Positions 45,567 through 55,347 of a DNA stretch of 64,000 bases are shown in pieces. The notes under the pieces are model-generated. The model was given only the letters and a program-made list of their open reading frames with translations, did no database searches and was not told the DNA's origin. Location: assembly GCA_035493515.1 (NCBI GenBank), contig DATJID010000070.1:27264-91263 (forward strand). The letters are read 5' to 3'. The position numbers and the translations under genes are program-made. Within the stretch, counting starts at the first letter, position 1. Every line of letters begins with the position of its first letter. The stretch comes from Candidatus Binataceae bacterium (GTDB lineage Bacteria > Desulfobacterota > Binatia > Binatales > Binataceae).

Positions 45567-47243
45567 TCAGGACTGTCCCGAGCGTAGTACCTGCCCCGGC
45601 ATCGCGCCGCTTGCGCGGCCGCCCTCGTAGAGCACGCGCCCGTTGACGATCGTATATTCGATGCCCTCGGCCGGCATCACCAGGCGCCGTCCGCCGCCTG
45701 GGAGATCGTATTGCATGCGCGCGCGTTTGGCCGATCCCACGGTATCGTAGTCGAAGATTGTTACGTCGGCGGCGAGTCCGGGGCGCAGACGTCCGCGGCG
45801 CTGGATGCCGAAGAAGTCGGCCGGCTCCGACGTGATGCGTTTGACGGCGTGCTCGAGCGTCAGCGCCTGGCGCTCGCGCACCCACTTGCCAAGCAGGTAG
45901 GTGCAGTAGCCGGCGTCGCACAGCATATCGACGTGTGCGCCGCCGTCGGAAAGTCCGAGCATCGTGCGCGGGTCGCCGATCAGCCGCCCGATTCCTTCCT
46001 CGTGATACTGCGCCATCGTGTACTGGATGTTGAGGTCGTCCTCCAGCGCGAGGTCGAGGAAGGTGTCGAGCGGGTCGCGCCCGCGCTCGGCGGCGATGTC
46101 GCCCACGGTCTTGCGCTCCAGCGCCTTGAGCGCCGGGCTCCCGACCTCCAGCACTTCGACCCGATGCCATTTGCCGTTGAACAGATGCGGCCGCGTCAGC
46201 TCCTTGCGGAAGGAATCGCGAAACGCCGGGTCGGCGTAGATCCGTTTCTGCGCCTCGGCCGGCTGGTTGAAGACCGGGTTCCACGTCTCCATGTCGGCGA
46301 AGCTGAATGGGTTGCGCAGGTCGATTTGCACCACGAACGGCTTGCACAGGACCTGCGGCACGCCGCCGCGCTTGATTAGCGGCTCCAGGCGCTTGAGCGT
46401 CTCCTGCGCGTACTCGGGCTTATCCGGCCGCGACGCCATCGCGAGCCAGGTTACCGGGCGCGCGCTTTCCGCGAGCAGGAAGTCGAGCAGTTGATATTCG
46501 TCGTCGAGCACCTGTCCGGCGCGCCGCGTGAGTGCGATTTCGATCGCCCCCTTGCCCAGTTCCTTGAGCACGTTGGAGCACGCCTTCAGCTCGTCGCGGC
46601 TGGCGAGCCGGCAGGCGAGCGGCTGGCCGCGAAAGCCGATGTGCTGCGCGAGCGTGGTGGTGGAAAACCCCATGGCGCCCGCCGCCATCGCCTCGTGCAG
46701 CAAAGCCGCGATGCGCTGGGTCTCGTTGGGCGTCGCCGCCCGCTCCATCGATTCCTCGCCCATCACGAAATGGCGAAACGGCGTGAGCGGCGCGAGAAAG
46801 CCGACGTTGATTCCGACTCCGCGGCGCTCGGCCGCGTCCATGAACTCGGGAAAGCTCACCCAGTCCCAGGTGATGCCCTTGCTCAGCGCGTCGAAGGGGA
46901 TCGCTTCGACGTTGACCAGGTCCCACGCCGCGACCTCGTGAACCTCGGGCTTGCACGGTGCGATACCCACTCCACAGTTGCCCATCACGACCGAGGTCAC
47001 GCCGTGCCATGAGGTGCAGCTCAGCAGGGGGTCCCAGCAAATTTGCGCATCGTAGTGGGTATGCGGGTCGACGAAGCCCGGCGCGACGATCAGCTCGCCG
47101 GCATCGATGGTGCGCTGTGCGCCGCCGCTGACTTTGCCGATTTCCGCGATCGTTCCATCCTTGATCGCGACGTCCGCACGCACTCGCGGAGTGCCGGTGC
47201 CGTCGACCACTGTGCCGTTTTTGATTATGAGATCGTATGCCAT
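45567..47243 (-). CDS. N-acyl-D-amino-acid deacylase (D-aminoacylase) family amidohydrolase
   Basis: ATG 47243 has GGAGGGA upstream. YDLIIKNGTVVDGTG...APGFVDPHTHYD...GVTSVVMGNCG is typical of D-aminoacylases. Confidence 0.8.
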   Translation of the reverse strand: MAYDLIIKNGTVVDGTGTPRVRADVAIKDGTIAEIGKVSGGAQRTIDAGELIVAPGFVDPHTHYDAQICWDPLLSCTSWHGVTSVVMGNCGVGIAPCKPEVHEVAAWDLVNVEAIPFDALSKGITWDWVSFPEFMDAAERRGVGINVGFLAPLTPFRHFVMGEESMERAATPNETQRIAALLHEAMAAGAMGFSTTTLAQHIGFRGQPLACRLASRDELKACSNVLKELGKGAIEIALTRRAGQVLDDEYQLLDFLLAESARPVTWLAMASRPDKPEYAQETLKRLEPLIKRGGVPQVLCKPFVVQIDLRNPFSFADMETWNPVFNQPAEAQKRIYADPAFRDSFRKELTRPHLFNGKWHRVEVLEVGSPALKALERKTVGDIAAERGRDPLDTFLDLALEDDLNIQYTMAQYHEEGIGRLIGDPRTMLGLSDGGAHVDMLCDAGYCTYLLGKWVRERQALTLEHAVKRITSEPADFFGIQRRGRLRPGLAADVTIFDYDTVGSAKRARMQYDLPGGGRRLVMPAEGIEYTIVNGRVLYEGGRASGAMPGQVLRSGQS

Positions 47244-47435
47244 CGGGGAAAGTCCCTCCCTCGCGCGAAGTGAAGGCCTCTCTTCTTGTACCCAGCCCGG
47301 CCCTTTGCGGGCAAGCCGCGGCGCCCGGCACGGGGCGGGACCGGTTTGGTTCCCTTGGGTGAGCGAGTGCGACCGTGGTATTCGATCTAGGTCGCTCACG
47401 CGCGACGTAATCAGCACCTGTCAGCGGAGGCCACG

Positions 47436-48290
47436 ATGGCGACGACTTTTGGCGCGATGATGTTCCCGACCGACTACGCGATTCAGCCGATCGAGCTGGC
47501 GCGTGCGGTCGAGGAGCGCGGACTCGATTCGCTCTATTTTCCCGAACATACGCACATTCCCACCAGCCGGCGCAGCCCGTGGCCCGGCGGCGGCGATTTG
47601 CCCCAGGAGTACTGGCATACGCATGATCCGTTCGTGGCTCTGGGCGCGGCCGCCGCGGCGACCAAGCGCATCAAACTTGGCACCGGTGTGTGCCTGGTGA
47701 TCGAACGCGATCCGATCGTGCTGGCCAAGGAATGCGCCTCGCTCGACCTGATTTCGAGCGGGCGGCTGGTGCTCGGAATCGGCGGCGGATGGAACGCTGA
47801 AGAGATGGAAGATCACGGCACCGACTTTCGCAAGCGATGGGCGCTATTGCGCGAGCGAATTTTGGCGATGCGTGCGATCTGGACCAAGGATCCGGCGGAG
47901 TTCCATGGTGAATTCGTGAACTTTCCGCCGATGCTGGCGTTTCCCAAACCCGTGCAAAAGGGCGGACCACCCGTGCTTCTGGGCTCGGAGGCCAAGCGAT
48001 GCTTCGAGCGGGTGGCCGACTACTGCGATGGATGGATGCCGATCTATCGGCGCAACCATACGCTGGCCGAAGGCGTGAAACAGTTACGCGAGGCGGCGAG
48101 CCGCGCCGGCCGGCGCTTCGAATCGTTGACACTGTCGGTCTTTGGCGTGCCGCCGCGCGAGGAAGAAGCGAAAAAGCTGGTCGAGATCGGATTTCACGAA
48201 CTTATTTTCGCCTTGCCGCCGGCGCCCGCCGACAAGGTGCAGCCGATGCTCGACAGTTACGCGGCGATTAAGCGCAAGCTCGGCGCCTGA
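47436..48290 (+). CDS. Luciferase-like monooxygenase (LLM) family oxidoreductase, F420-dependent-type
   Basis: FGAMMFPTDYAIQPIELARAVEERGLDSLYFPEHTHIP...GGGWNAEE resembles the TIGR03619-type LLM class. Cofactor assignment is an inference. Confidence 0.75.
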   Translation: MATTFGAMMFPTDYAIQPIELARAVEERGLDSLYFPEHTHIPTSRRSPWPGGGDLPQEYWHTHDPFVALGAAAAATKRIKLGTGVCLVIERDPIVLAKECASLDLISSGRLVLGIGGGWNAEEMEDHGTDFRKRWALLRERILAMRAIWTKDPAEFHGEFVNFPPMLAFPKPVQKGGPPVLLGSEAKRCFERVADYCDGWMPIYRRNHTLAEGVKQLREAASRAGRRFESLTLSVFGVPPREEEAKKLVEIGFHELIFALPPAPADKVQPMLDSYAAIKRKLGA

Positions 48291-48342
48291 CGGGTGTCGC
48301 CGTAGCCCGATCGCGCTCGGCGCGTGACGGAGGTTCCTTGCG

Positions 48343-49122
48343 ATGGGACGTCTTGATGGAAAAGTCGCCCTGATCGTCGGCGGAGGCGCCGACGGACCGC
48401 CCAATGCGGGCGAGACGCTCTCGATTGGCAATGGCCGCGCCACCGCGATCCTGTGCGCGCGTGAGGGCGCCGCGGTGATGGTCGCCGATCGCGCCGAGAC
48501 GCTGGCCGGCGAAACCGCCGCGGCGATTCGCGCCGAGGGTGGCCGAGCCGGCTCGGTTGCCGCCGACGTCACGCTCGAGGACGACTGTCGCCGCGCCTGC
48601 GAGGCCGCGGTGCGCGCTTTCGGCAAGCTCGATCTGCTGGTCAACAACGTCGGGATAGCGATCGGCGGCCGCCTGCTCGAAACCACCATCGAGCAGTTCG
48701 ATACGATGTCCAAGGTCAACGTCCGGGGCCAGTTCCTGATGATGAAGTACGCGGTGCCCGAGATGGCCAAGGCCGGCGGCGGGGCGATCGTCAACGTCTC
48801 CTCGCTGGCCGCGATTCGCACCGGCTCGGGCCTGCCTTACGAAACCACCAAGGCCGCGCTGCTCGGGCTCACCCGCTCGGTCGCGGTCACGCACGCACGC
48901 GACAAGATTCGCGTCAACACGATTTTGCCGGGATTGATCAACTCTTCGATGGTGCGCCGGCTGGTCGGCGACCGCGAGGAGCGGGTCGCGCCGCGTATCC
49001 CGATGCGCCGTCAGGGCACGCCGTGGGAAATCGCCAAGGCGATCGTTTTTCTGCTTTCCGACGAGGCTTCGTACATCACCGGCACTGAATTAATCGTCGA
49101 TGGCGGCTTGAGCGCGCGTTAA
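48343..49122 (+). CDS. SDR family oxidoreductase
   Basis: GKVALIVGGG..., NNVG and Y..TKAA motifs. Confidence 0.8.
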   Translation: MGRLDGKVALIVGGGADGPPNAGETLSIGNGRATAILCAREGAAVMVADRAETLAGETAAAIRAEGGRAGSVAADVTLEDDCRRACEAAVRAFGKLDLLVNNVGIAIGGRLLETTIEQFDTMSKVNVRGQFLMMKYAVPEMAKAGGGAIVNVSSLAAIRTGSGLPYETTKAALLGLTRSVAVTHARDKIRVNTILPGLINSSMVRRLVGDREERVAPRIPMRRQGTPWEIAKAIVFLLSDEASYITGTELIVDGGLSAR

Positions 49123-49142
49123 CCGCCAAAGCGAGGTATCCG

Positions 49143-49913
49143 ATGAGACTTTTCACTTTTGCGACCAGCCCATACGCGCGCAAGGTCCGGATGATGCTCG
49201 AGTTCAAGGCGATCGAGTGCGAAATGGTCGAACGATGCTACTCGCTCGATCGCAAGCCGGACCTGCGCGAGGCGAGCGAGCGCGCCGAGGTGCCGGTACT
49301 GGTGCTCGACGATGGTCGCGTGATCGCGGACTCCACGATCATCTGTGAGTATCTCGAAGACGTGCATCCCCAGCCGCCGGTTTTTCCCCTCGATCCTTTC
49401 GAGCGTGCGCGGATGCGCGCGATCGATGATTTGTGCGACCGCACGTTCGACGCGACGGTCTTTGGCTATTTCCTTGGCGTCGTGCGGTCGGCGGCGCCCG
49501 AGTCCAGGGCGATGCAAGACGCGGGGCGCGCCGAGTTCAAGGCGCTGCTCGCGCGGCTGGAGCGCGAACTCGAAGGCCGGGACTATTTCTGCGGCGCCGC
49601 GCTCTCGCTCGCCGATCTTGCCGTCATCTGCCATCTGCCGGTGGCCCACGCGATGCGGCTTCCGATGCACGAATTCCCGCGCCTGGCGGTCTGGGAGAAG
49701 CGGATGCGTGCAATTCCGCTGGTCGCTGCCGACCTCGAGCGCGCGCGCAAGGCGATGGCCGGGGGCAACCTGGCCGACGAGTTCGCGGGCCCCGATGGCC
49801 GTGTCCATTGGCGCGATAGCCGGCTCGAATGGCCCGTGCGCCATGGCTTTGTCGACTTCATTGCGCGCGAATTCCATGCAGGTAAGATGATGTTTCCGCC
49901 CGACGCGTCCTAG
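49143..49913 (+). CDS. Glutathione S-transferase family protein
   Basis: MRLFTFATSPYARKVRMMLEFKAIECE...EVPVLVLDDGRVIADSTIICEYLED matches the thioredoxin-like GST N-domain. Confidence 0.8.
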   Translation: MRLFTFATSPYARKVRMMLEFKAIECEMVERCYSLDRKPDLREASERAEVPVLVLDDGRVIADSTIICEYLEDVHPQPPVFPLDPFERARMRAIDDLCDRTFDATVFGYFLGVVRSAAPESRAMQDAGRAEFKALLARLERELEGRDYFCGAALSLADLAVICHLPVAHAMRLPMHEFPRLAVWEKRMRAIPLVAADLERARKAMAGGNLADEFAGPDGRVHWRDSRLEWPVRHGFVDFIAREFHAGKMMFPPDAS

Positions 49914-49955
49914 GACACGCCGCGTCCGGAATGCGAGCCCACGAGGAGCGAATCG

Positions 49956-50816
49956 ATGCCCGTCGCCTATATCCCGCGCACGCGCGAGTTGTACAACGCC
50001 TACACGCCCTATCGATGGGTCATGAACGATGAACCACCGCCCTGGACGCCGCTCAGGAAACCGCTTGCCGAGTGCAAGGTCGCACTGATGAGTTCGGGCG
50101 GCATGCTCTACCGCGATCAGCCGCGCTTTCATCGCGAGGACACGAGCTACCGTCTCATCCCGAAAAATGCGCGGCGCGACGAGCTTACCGTCTGGCATTT
50201 CGGCTACCCGACCGGGGATGCCGAAAAAGATCCGAACTGCGTTTTCCCGCTCGAGCGGATGCGCGAGTTCGAGGCCGCGGGCCGGATCGGGGAGCTATGC
50301 GATCCGGCGTTCACTTTCATGGGTGGGATCTACTCGGCGCGCAAGGTGCGCGAGGAACTGGCGCCGAAAATCGTCGAAGAACTTCGCAGCCGCAACGTGG
50401 AAGCATTTTACCTGGTGCCCGCTTGACCCGTGTGCCATCAGTCCGTTGGACTGATTGCCCGCGAAGTCGAGGCCGCCGGAATCCCGACCTTGTGCATGAC
50501 TTCGGCATACGACATCACGCAAGCCGTCAATCCGCCGCGCGCGGCATTCGTCAACTACCCGCTCGGCCATCAGACGGGCAAACCGAACGATGCGGAAAAC
50601 CAGCGCGCAATCATTCGCGACGCGCTGGCTGCGTTCGAAACGATAAGCAAGCCCGGCACGATCGTCGAGTTGCCCTATGTATGGGACGCGAATGATCGCC
50701 GCTGGGAGGAGACCGATTACACGCCCGGATTCCTGCCGCCACGGCCCAGGAAGGCCGATGCCGATCTGGCCGAGCAGGAGCGCCGCCGCCGCTACACGAC
50801 GGGCAATCCGGGGTAA
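49956..50816 (+). CDS. GrdB/PrdB-family (glycine/sarcosine/betaine/D-proline reductase component B-like) protein, probable selenoprotein with TGA(Sec) at 50424-50426
   Basis: Track ORFs 49956..50426 and 50430..50816 are in frame and separated only by TGA-CCC. The joined sequence reads ...EAFYLVPA-U-PVCHQSVGLIAREVEAAGIPT... (a U-x-x-C motif). A SECIS-like hairpin follows. Confidence 0.7.
50437..50455 (+). promoter_or_regulatory. Candidate bacterial SECIS hairpin
   Basis: ATCAGTCC-GTT-GGACTGAT is a perfect 8-bp stem with a G/U-containing apical loop. It starts after a 10-nt spacer downstream of the in-frame TGA. Confidence 0.55.
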
Positions 50817-50879
50817 ACCGTAGCGCCGCCGCCGCACTGGTTCGCCGCGGTGGGTAAATCTGACCAGGGAGAATTGACG

Positions 50880-51401
50880 ATGGCTGAAGAACGCAAAGGC
50901 GCGGTCACGATGCGCGGAAACCCGATGACGCTGGTGGGGCCGGAACTCAAACCCGGCCAGAAGGCGCCCGCCTTCACCGCCGTGGGCAAAGGGCTCGCGC
51001 CGGTAACCCTCGACCAGTTTAAAGGCAAAGTGAAAATAATCGCCGCGATTCCGTCGATCGACACGCCCGTGTGCGACGCAGAGACCCGCCGCTTCAATGA
51101 GGAAGCCTCCAAGCTGCCCGGCGACGTGCAGATATTGACCATCTCGATGGACCTGCCGTTTGCGCAGGCGCGCTGGTGCGGAGCGGCCGGCGTCGACAAG
51201 GTCACCGCGATCAGCGACTGGCGCGCGGCCGAGTTCGGCCAGAAATACGGCGCGCTTATCAAGGAGCTGCATCTGCTCGCCCGCGCGGTCTTCGTGCTCG
51301 ACAAGAACGACAACGTCGTTTATGCCGAGTACGTCAAGGAGGTGGCCGATCAGCCCAACTTCGAAGCCGCTCTCGCAGCGGCGCGCAAGGCCGCGGCCTA
51401 A
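50880..51401 (+). CDS. tpx: Thiol peroxidase (atypical 2-Cys peroxiredoxin Tpx)
   Basis: ATG 50880 follows GGGAGA. GNPMTLVGPELKPGQKAPAF...IPSIDTPVCDAETRRFNEEA...FAQARWCGA matches the Tpx pattern. Confidence 0.88.
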   Translation: MAEERKGAVTMRGNPMTLVGPELKPGQKAPAFTAVGKGLAPVTLDQFKGKVKIIAAIPSIDTPVCDAETRRFNEEASKLPGDVQILTISMDLPFAQARWCGAAGVDKVTAISDWRAAEFGQKYGALIKELHLLARAVFVLDKNDNVVYAEYVKEVADQPNFEAALAAARKAAA

Positions 51402-51426
51402 GAGTACCCGGACGGCGCGGCGGCTC

Positions 51427-52143
51427 GTGCGACCGTCGATCCCGACGGCGGCCGGCCGCCGCGCGCGCGACGCGAAGAGCGGCGCTTCGCCGTGGCGATG
51501 GCGGATCGGCGCGCGGACGCTATGGGTCGTTCCAGACCAAGCGTGTCGCGTGCTCAGTTGGGCGCCGCTCGGCGGCGGCGTTCGCATCGCCCACCTGCTC
51601 GCAAATCACCAAATTGAGCTCGACGATCGCGAGGCGATGCGTAGGCCACGCGCATGCCTGGCAGCCGTCGTGCGGGCTGCGGGATATGACCCGCAGCGGA
51701 CCGTCGCGCTGATGACCGGCGCGGAAGTCGCGCGCGCCGGCTATGCGCTCGCCGCTCGCGCGGGCGTAATCGCGGGAGCATGGTGTACGGTAGGATTCTC
51801 CAACGCGCTTCGTGTCGGAGATCGCGCGACCGTGCTCTCCAGCCATGCCGGTACGATCAATATTATCGTCGTCGTGAACCGCCCCCTGATTCGTGCCGCA
51901 ATGGTCGAGGCGGTCGCGATCGCCACCGAGGCCCGCGCGCTTGCCGTGCTCGAAGCGGGAATCGAAAGCGTGCGCTCGGGTGCGCCGGCGACCGGCACTG
52001 GCACTGACTGTATCGCGATCGCGGCACCGCTTCGCGCTGACGCGCGTGCTGGGCGATATTGCGGTAAGCATACGCTGCTGGGCGAGCTAATCGGCCGCGC
52101 GGTGCTCGAAAGCTGCATGCGGGCGATCCGTCGCATGCGTTGA
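51427..52143 (+). CDS. cbiZ: Adenosylcobinamide amidohydrolase CbiZ
   Basis: VLSWAPLGGGV...TGAEVA...GTINIIVVVN...ATEARALAVLEAG...ATGTGTDCIAIA matches the CbiZ pattern. The start is uncertain; GTG 51427 is the first start after the tpx stop in this frame. Confidence 0.7.
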   Translation: MRPSIPTAAGRRARDAKSGASPWRWRIGARTLWVVPDQACRVLSWAPLGGGVRIAHLLANHQIELDDREAMRRPRACLAAVVRAAGYDPQRTVALMTGAEVARAGYALAARAGVIAGAWCTVGFSNALRVGDRATVLSSHAGTINIIVVVNRPLIRAAMVEAVAIATEARALAVLEAGIESVRSGAPATGTGTDCIAIAAPLRADARAGRYCGKHTLLGELIGRAVLESCMRAIRRMR

Positions 52144-52158
52144 AGCCGCATTCCAGAA

Positions 52159-53127
52159 GTGGGAAACGGATTCTACATTTCGACTGCGGCGATCGCGGCG
52201 GCGCTCGCCCTCGACCTGCTGCTCGGCGATCCGGCGTGGATGCCCCATCCGGTGCGCTTTATCGGGCGTGCCGTTGCCTTTGGCGAAGCCCGGCTGCGCA
52301 CTGGCGAGTCGCGCGCGGATCTTTGGCGCGGCGCACTGCTCGCCTCGGCGGTCGTGATTCTCACCGCGGTCGCGGCCTGGATCGTCATCGCCATCGCTTC
52401 GTCAGTGACGCACTGGCTCGGCCTCACGGCCGCGGTGCTGATTGCGTGGACGACGCTCGCGCTGAACGGCCTTGATCGTGCCGCCGGCGAGGTTGAGAGG
52501 GCGCTTGATCGAGGGTGCGACGATCTTGCGCGCGAGGCAATGCCGGCGCTGGTCGGACGCGATCCCGCCACCCTCGACCGAGACGCGATGGTACGCGCCA
52601 CGGTCGAGTCGGTCGCCGAGAACTGCTCCGATGGCGTGCTGGCGCCGCTGTGCTTTCTTTTTGTCGGCGGCCCCGTCATTGCTCTCGCCTACAAGGCTGT
52701 CAACACGCTCGACTCGATGATTGGCTACCGCGACGCTCGTTACCTTTACTTCGGGCGCGCGGCGGCGCGGTTGGACGATGCCGCCAATTTCGTGCCCGCG
52801 CGTTTAACCGCCCTTTGCCTCGCGGCAGCGGCGGGACTGACGCTTGGGCGCGGCGGCGCAGCGGTCCGCGCGTGTCGCGCCGATGGGCGCAAGCACGCGA
52901 GTCCTAACGCGGGCTTTCCGGAAGCCACGATGGCGGGCGCGCTCGGAATCGAGTTGGGTGGCGATGCGATTTATGCAGGAGAAATCGAGCATCGCGCGCG
53001 CCTCGGAGGAGCGCAACGCGCGGTTAAAGTAGCGGATATCAGGGCGGCGCGCCGTCTGATGCGTATCGCGACAGCAATCGGCTTTGGCCTGCTCGCACTT
53101 CTGCGCTATGTGGTCTCCAGCTACTGA
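52159..53127 (+). CDS. cbiB: Adenosylcobinamide-phosphate synthase CbiB
   Basis: LLLGDPAWMPHPVRFIGRAV...NTLDSMIGYR...HASPNAGFPEATMAGALG matches the CbiB/CobD membrane protein pattern. Confidence 0.88.
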   Translation: MGNGFYISTAAIAAALALDLLLGDPAWMPHPVRFIGRAVAFGEARLRTGESRADLWRGALLASAVVILTAVAAWIVIAIASSVTHWLGLTAAVLIAWTTLALNGLDRAAGEVERALDRGCDDLAREAMPALVGRDPATLDRDAMVRATVESVAENCSDGVLAPLCFLFVGGPVIALAYKAVNTLDSMIGYRDARYLYFGRAAARLDDAANFVPARLTALCLAAAAGLTLGRGGAAVRACRADGRKHASPNAGFPEATMAGALGIELGGDAIYAGEIEHRARLGGAQRAVKVADIRAARRLMRIATAIGFGLLALLRYVVSSY

Positions 53128-53158
53128 CATACGATGAGTCCGCGCGCTAAACCCGCTG

Positions 53159-54235
53159 ATGATGAAATTCGAACCGATAGAACTCCAGCTGGACCGGACT
53201 CACGGCGGCGCCGCGTCGCCCGGTGTGGTGGACTTCAGTGCCAGTCTAAATCCGCTGGGCCCGCCGCCACAGGCGCTAGCCGCATATCATGACGCGGCTG
53301 CGTTCATCGCACGCTATCCGTCTCCTGACGCCAGCGATCTGGCTCGCCGCCTTGCCCGGCGCCATCGCGTGGCGCCCGACAATGTTGTGGTCGGTAATGG
53401 CTCGACCCAGCTGATCCATCTGCTCGCTCGCACGCTGCGCCCGCGCTGCCCGTTCGTCGCGATACCGACCTTCAGCGAAATTGCCAACGCGATGATAGTT
53501 GCGGGCGGAGCGGCGTACGCGATGCTGGCGCGCCGTGAGCGCGGCTTTGCGATCGAAATCGGGCAAGTTGAGCAGGCGCTGGAGCGAGGCGCTGACGCGC
53601 TGTTCATCGGAAGGCCCAACAGCCCCACTGGCGCGATGCTGAGTATCGGTGACGCCATCGAAATCGGCGCGCGATGTTCCAGTCGCGGCTGCTGGTGCGT
53701 CTTCGACGAGGCCTTTATCGACTTCGTGGGCGAAGAGCATTCGGCGATCCGCCGGGCCGCCGAAGATTCGCACGTCATTGTGCTGCGCTCGATGACCAAA
53801 ATGTTTGCGATCGCCGGCTTGCGGCTGGGCTACCTGGTTGCTGGCCGCGATACTGCGCGCCGCCTGCGTGAAGCGATTGAACCCTGGTCGGTCAATGTGG
53901 TGGCCGAGCGCGTCGGCAACGCCTGTCTCGACGTGGCCGACGATTTCGCCGTGCGAAGCCGCACTCTGATAGCCTCCGAGCGTACGCACCTGGTTGGCGC
54001 ACTCAACTCGATCGAGGGTATTCGCGTATATAAATCGTCCGTCAACTTCCTGATGCTTGAAGTGGCGGAGCACGGGCACGCTACGCGATTCGCGCAACAT
54101 GCGCTCTCGCGCGGTATGGCGGTGCGCGATTTGGGCGACTTGCCTGGATGCAGTCCCGGAATGTATCGCGTAGCAGTCCGACTGCGCGAAGAGAACGAGC
54201 AGTTGATTGCGGCTGCGCGCGCGTATTTCGACTAA
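53159..54235 (+). CDS. cobD: L-threonine-O-3-phosphate decarboxylase (CobD, aminotransferase class I/II)
   Basis: DFSASLNPLGPP, NPNSPTG-like (RPNSPTG) and SMTKMFAIAGLRLGY (PLP lysine). Context between cbiB and cobT fits. Confidence 0.8.
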   Translation: MMKFEPIELQLDRTHGGAASPGVVDFSASLNPLGPPPQALAAYHDAAAFIARYPSPDASDLARRLARRHRVAPDNVVVGNGSTQLIHLLARTLRPRCPFVAIPTFSEIANAMIVAGGAAYAMLARRERGFAIEIGQVEQALERGADALFIGRPNSPTGAMLSIGDAIEIGARCSSRGCWCVFDEAFIDFVGEEHSAIRRAAEDSHVIVLRSMTKMFAIAGLRLGYLVAGRDTARRLREAIEPWSVNVVAERVGNACLDVADDFAVRSRTLIASERTHLVGALNSIEGIRVYKSSVNFLMLEVAEHGHATRFAQHALSRGMAVRDLGDLPGCSPGMYRVAVRLREENEQLIAAARAYFD

Positions 54236-54279
54236 TCAATTTGAACAACAGTCAATCGACGACGAAAACGGCATCGGAT

Positions 54280-55347
54280 ATGGATGTGCTCGAAAAAACG
54301 CTCGCGGCGATAGTCTCGCCCGATGAAATGGCGGCCGAGGAAGCGGGCCGCCGGCTCGATTCGTTGACCAAGCCACGCGGCAGCCTCGGGTATCTGGAGG
54401 ATATTGTGCGGCGTTACGCCGCTATCCGCCGCGACCCGACGGCTCGAATGGGCGGCGGCGCATGCTGCGTTTTCGTCGCCGATCACGGGGTCACGGAGGA
54501 AGGCGTGAGCGCCTACCCGCAAGCGGTCACGGTCGAGATGCTGCGCAATATTGCTGGTGGCGGAGCGGCGATAAGCGTGCTCGCGCAGCGCTTGGGTTAT
54601 CGGTTGTGGATCGCCGACCTTGGTGTGGTGACCGGCAGCAGCGCCGATGCGCTGCCTGGCGTGCTTTATCGGCGTATCGGAGCGGGCACGCGCAATCTGG
54701 CGCATGAGGCCGCGATGTCCGTCGCACAGGTGCGTGCCGCGCTGGAAATTGGTGTGGACGTCGCGCGTTGTGCGGTCGCGGGCGGCGCCACGCTGATCGG
54801 AATCGGCGAGATGGGAATCGGCAACAGCACCTCGGCAGCGGCATTGCTTGCGGCATTCACGCGGGTTCGTCCGGCGCGCCTGGCCGGACGCGGCACCGGC
54901 ATGGACGATGCCGGGTTGCAGCGCAAGGTCGCGGTTATCGATCGCGCGCTCAAGCTCCATCGCGCAGCGCTCACAGACCCGCTCGCCACGCTCGCGGCGT
55001 TAGGCGGCTTCGAGATCGCCGCGATGGCCGGCGTATGCCTGGGCGGCGCGGCGCTGAACGTTCCGGTGGTGGTTGACGGCTTCATCGCTACAGCGGCCGC
55101 GGTGAGCGCCGAGCGCTTGAGCCCCGGCCTGTCCGCTCACTTGTTTTTTGGCCATCGCTCGTCCGAGGGGGGCCACGCGATCGCGCTCGATAAACTAGGC
55201 GTGCGTCCGATCCTTGACCTTGGGATGCGCTTGGGCGAGGGCACGGGCGCGGCGCTCGCGATGAGCGTGGTCGAATCCGCGCTGGCTCTGTTCCACCAGA
55301 TGGCGACGTTCGAGAGCGCCGGAGTTTCGGAGAAATTGGATGGCTGA
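54280..55347 (+). CDS. cobT: Nicotinate-nucleotide--dimethylbenzimidazole phosphoribosyltransferase
   Basis: LDSLTKPRGSLGYLED...GIGEMGIGNSTSAAAL...GMRLGEGTGAALA. ATG 54280 lies inside the longer track ORF. Confidence 0.9.
   Translation: MDVLEKTLAAIVSPDEMAAEEAGRRLDSLTKPRGSLGYLEDIVRRYAAIRRDPTARMGGGACCVFVADHGVTEEGVSAYPQAVTVEMLRNIAGGGAAISVLAQRLGYRLWIADLGVVTGSSADALPGVLYRRIGAGTRNLAHEAAMSVAQVRAALEIGVDVARCAVAGGATLIGIGEMGIGNSTSAAALLAAFTRVRPARLAGRGTGMDDAGLQRKVAVIDRALKLHRAALTDPLATLAALGGFEIAAMAGVCLGGAALNVPVVVDGFIATAAAVSAERLSPGLSAHLFFGHRSSEGGHAIALDKLGVRPILDLGMRLGEGTGAALAMSVVESALALFHQMATFESAGVSEKLDG

Noticed and set aside
44740-46347. 535-aa minus-strand ORF spanning the SDR and D-aminoacylase genes
   Set aside because: It runs antisense through the SDR (44779..45534) and off-frame through the aminoacylase. 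It has an extreme Arg/Ala/Gly bias. Both overlapped genes have clear catalytic motifs.
49119-51587. Minus-strand ORFs 49119..50198 (359 aa) and 50295..51587 (430 aa)
   Set aside because: They are antisense to the GST, the GrdB-like gene, tpx and the cbiZ start, all of which carry recognisable family motifs on the plus strand.
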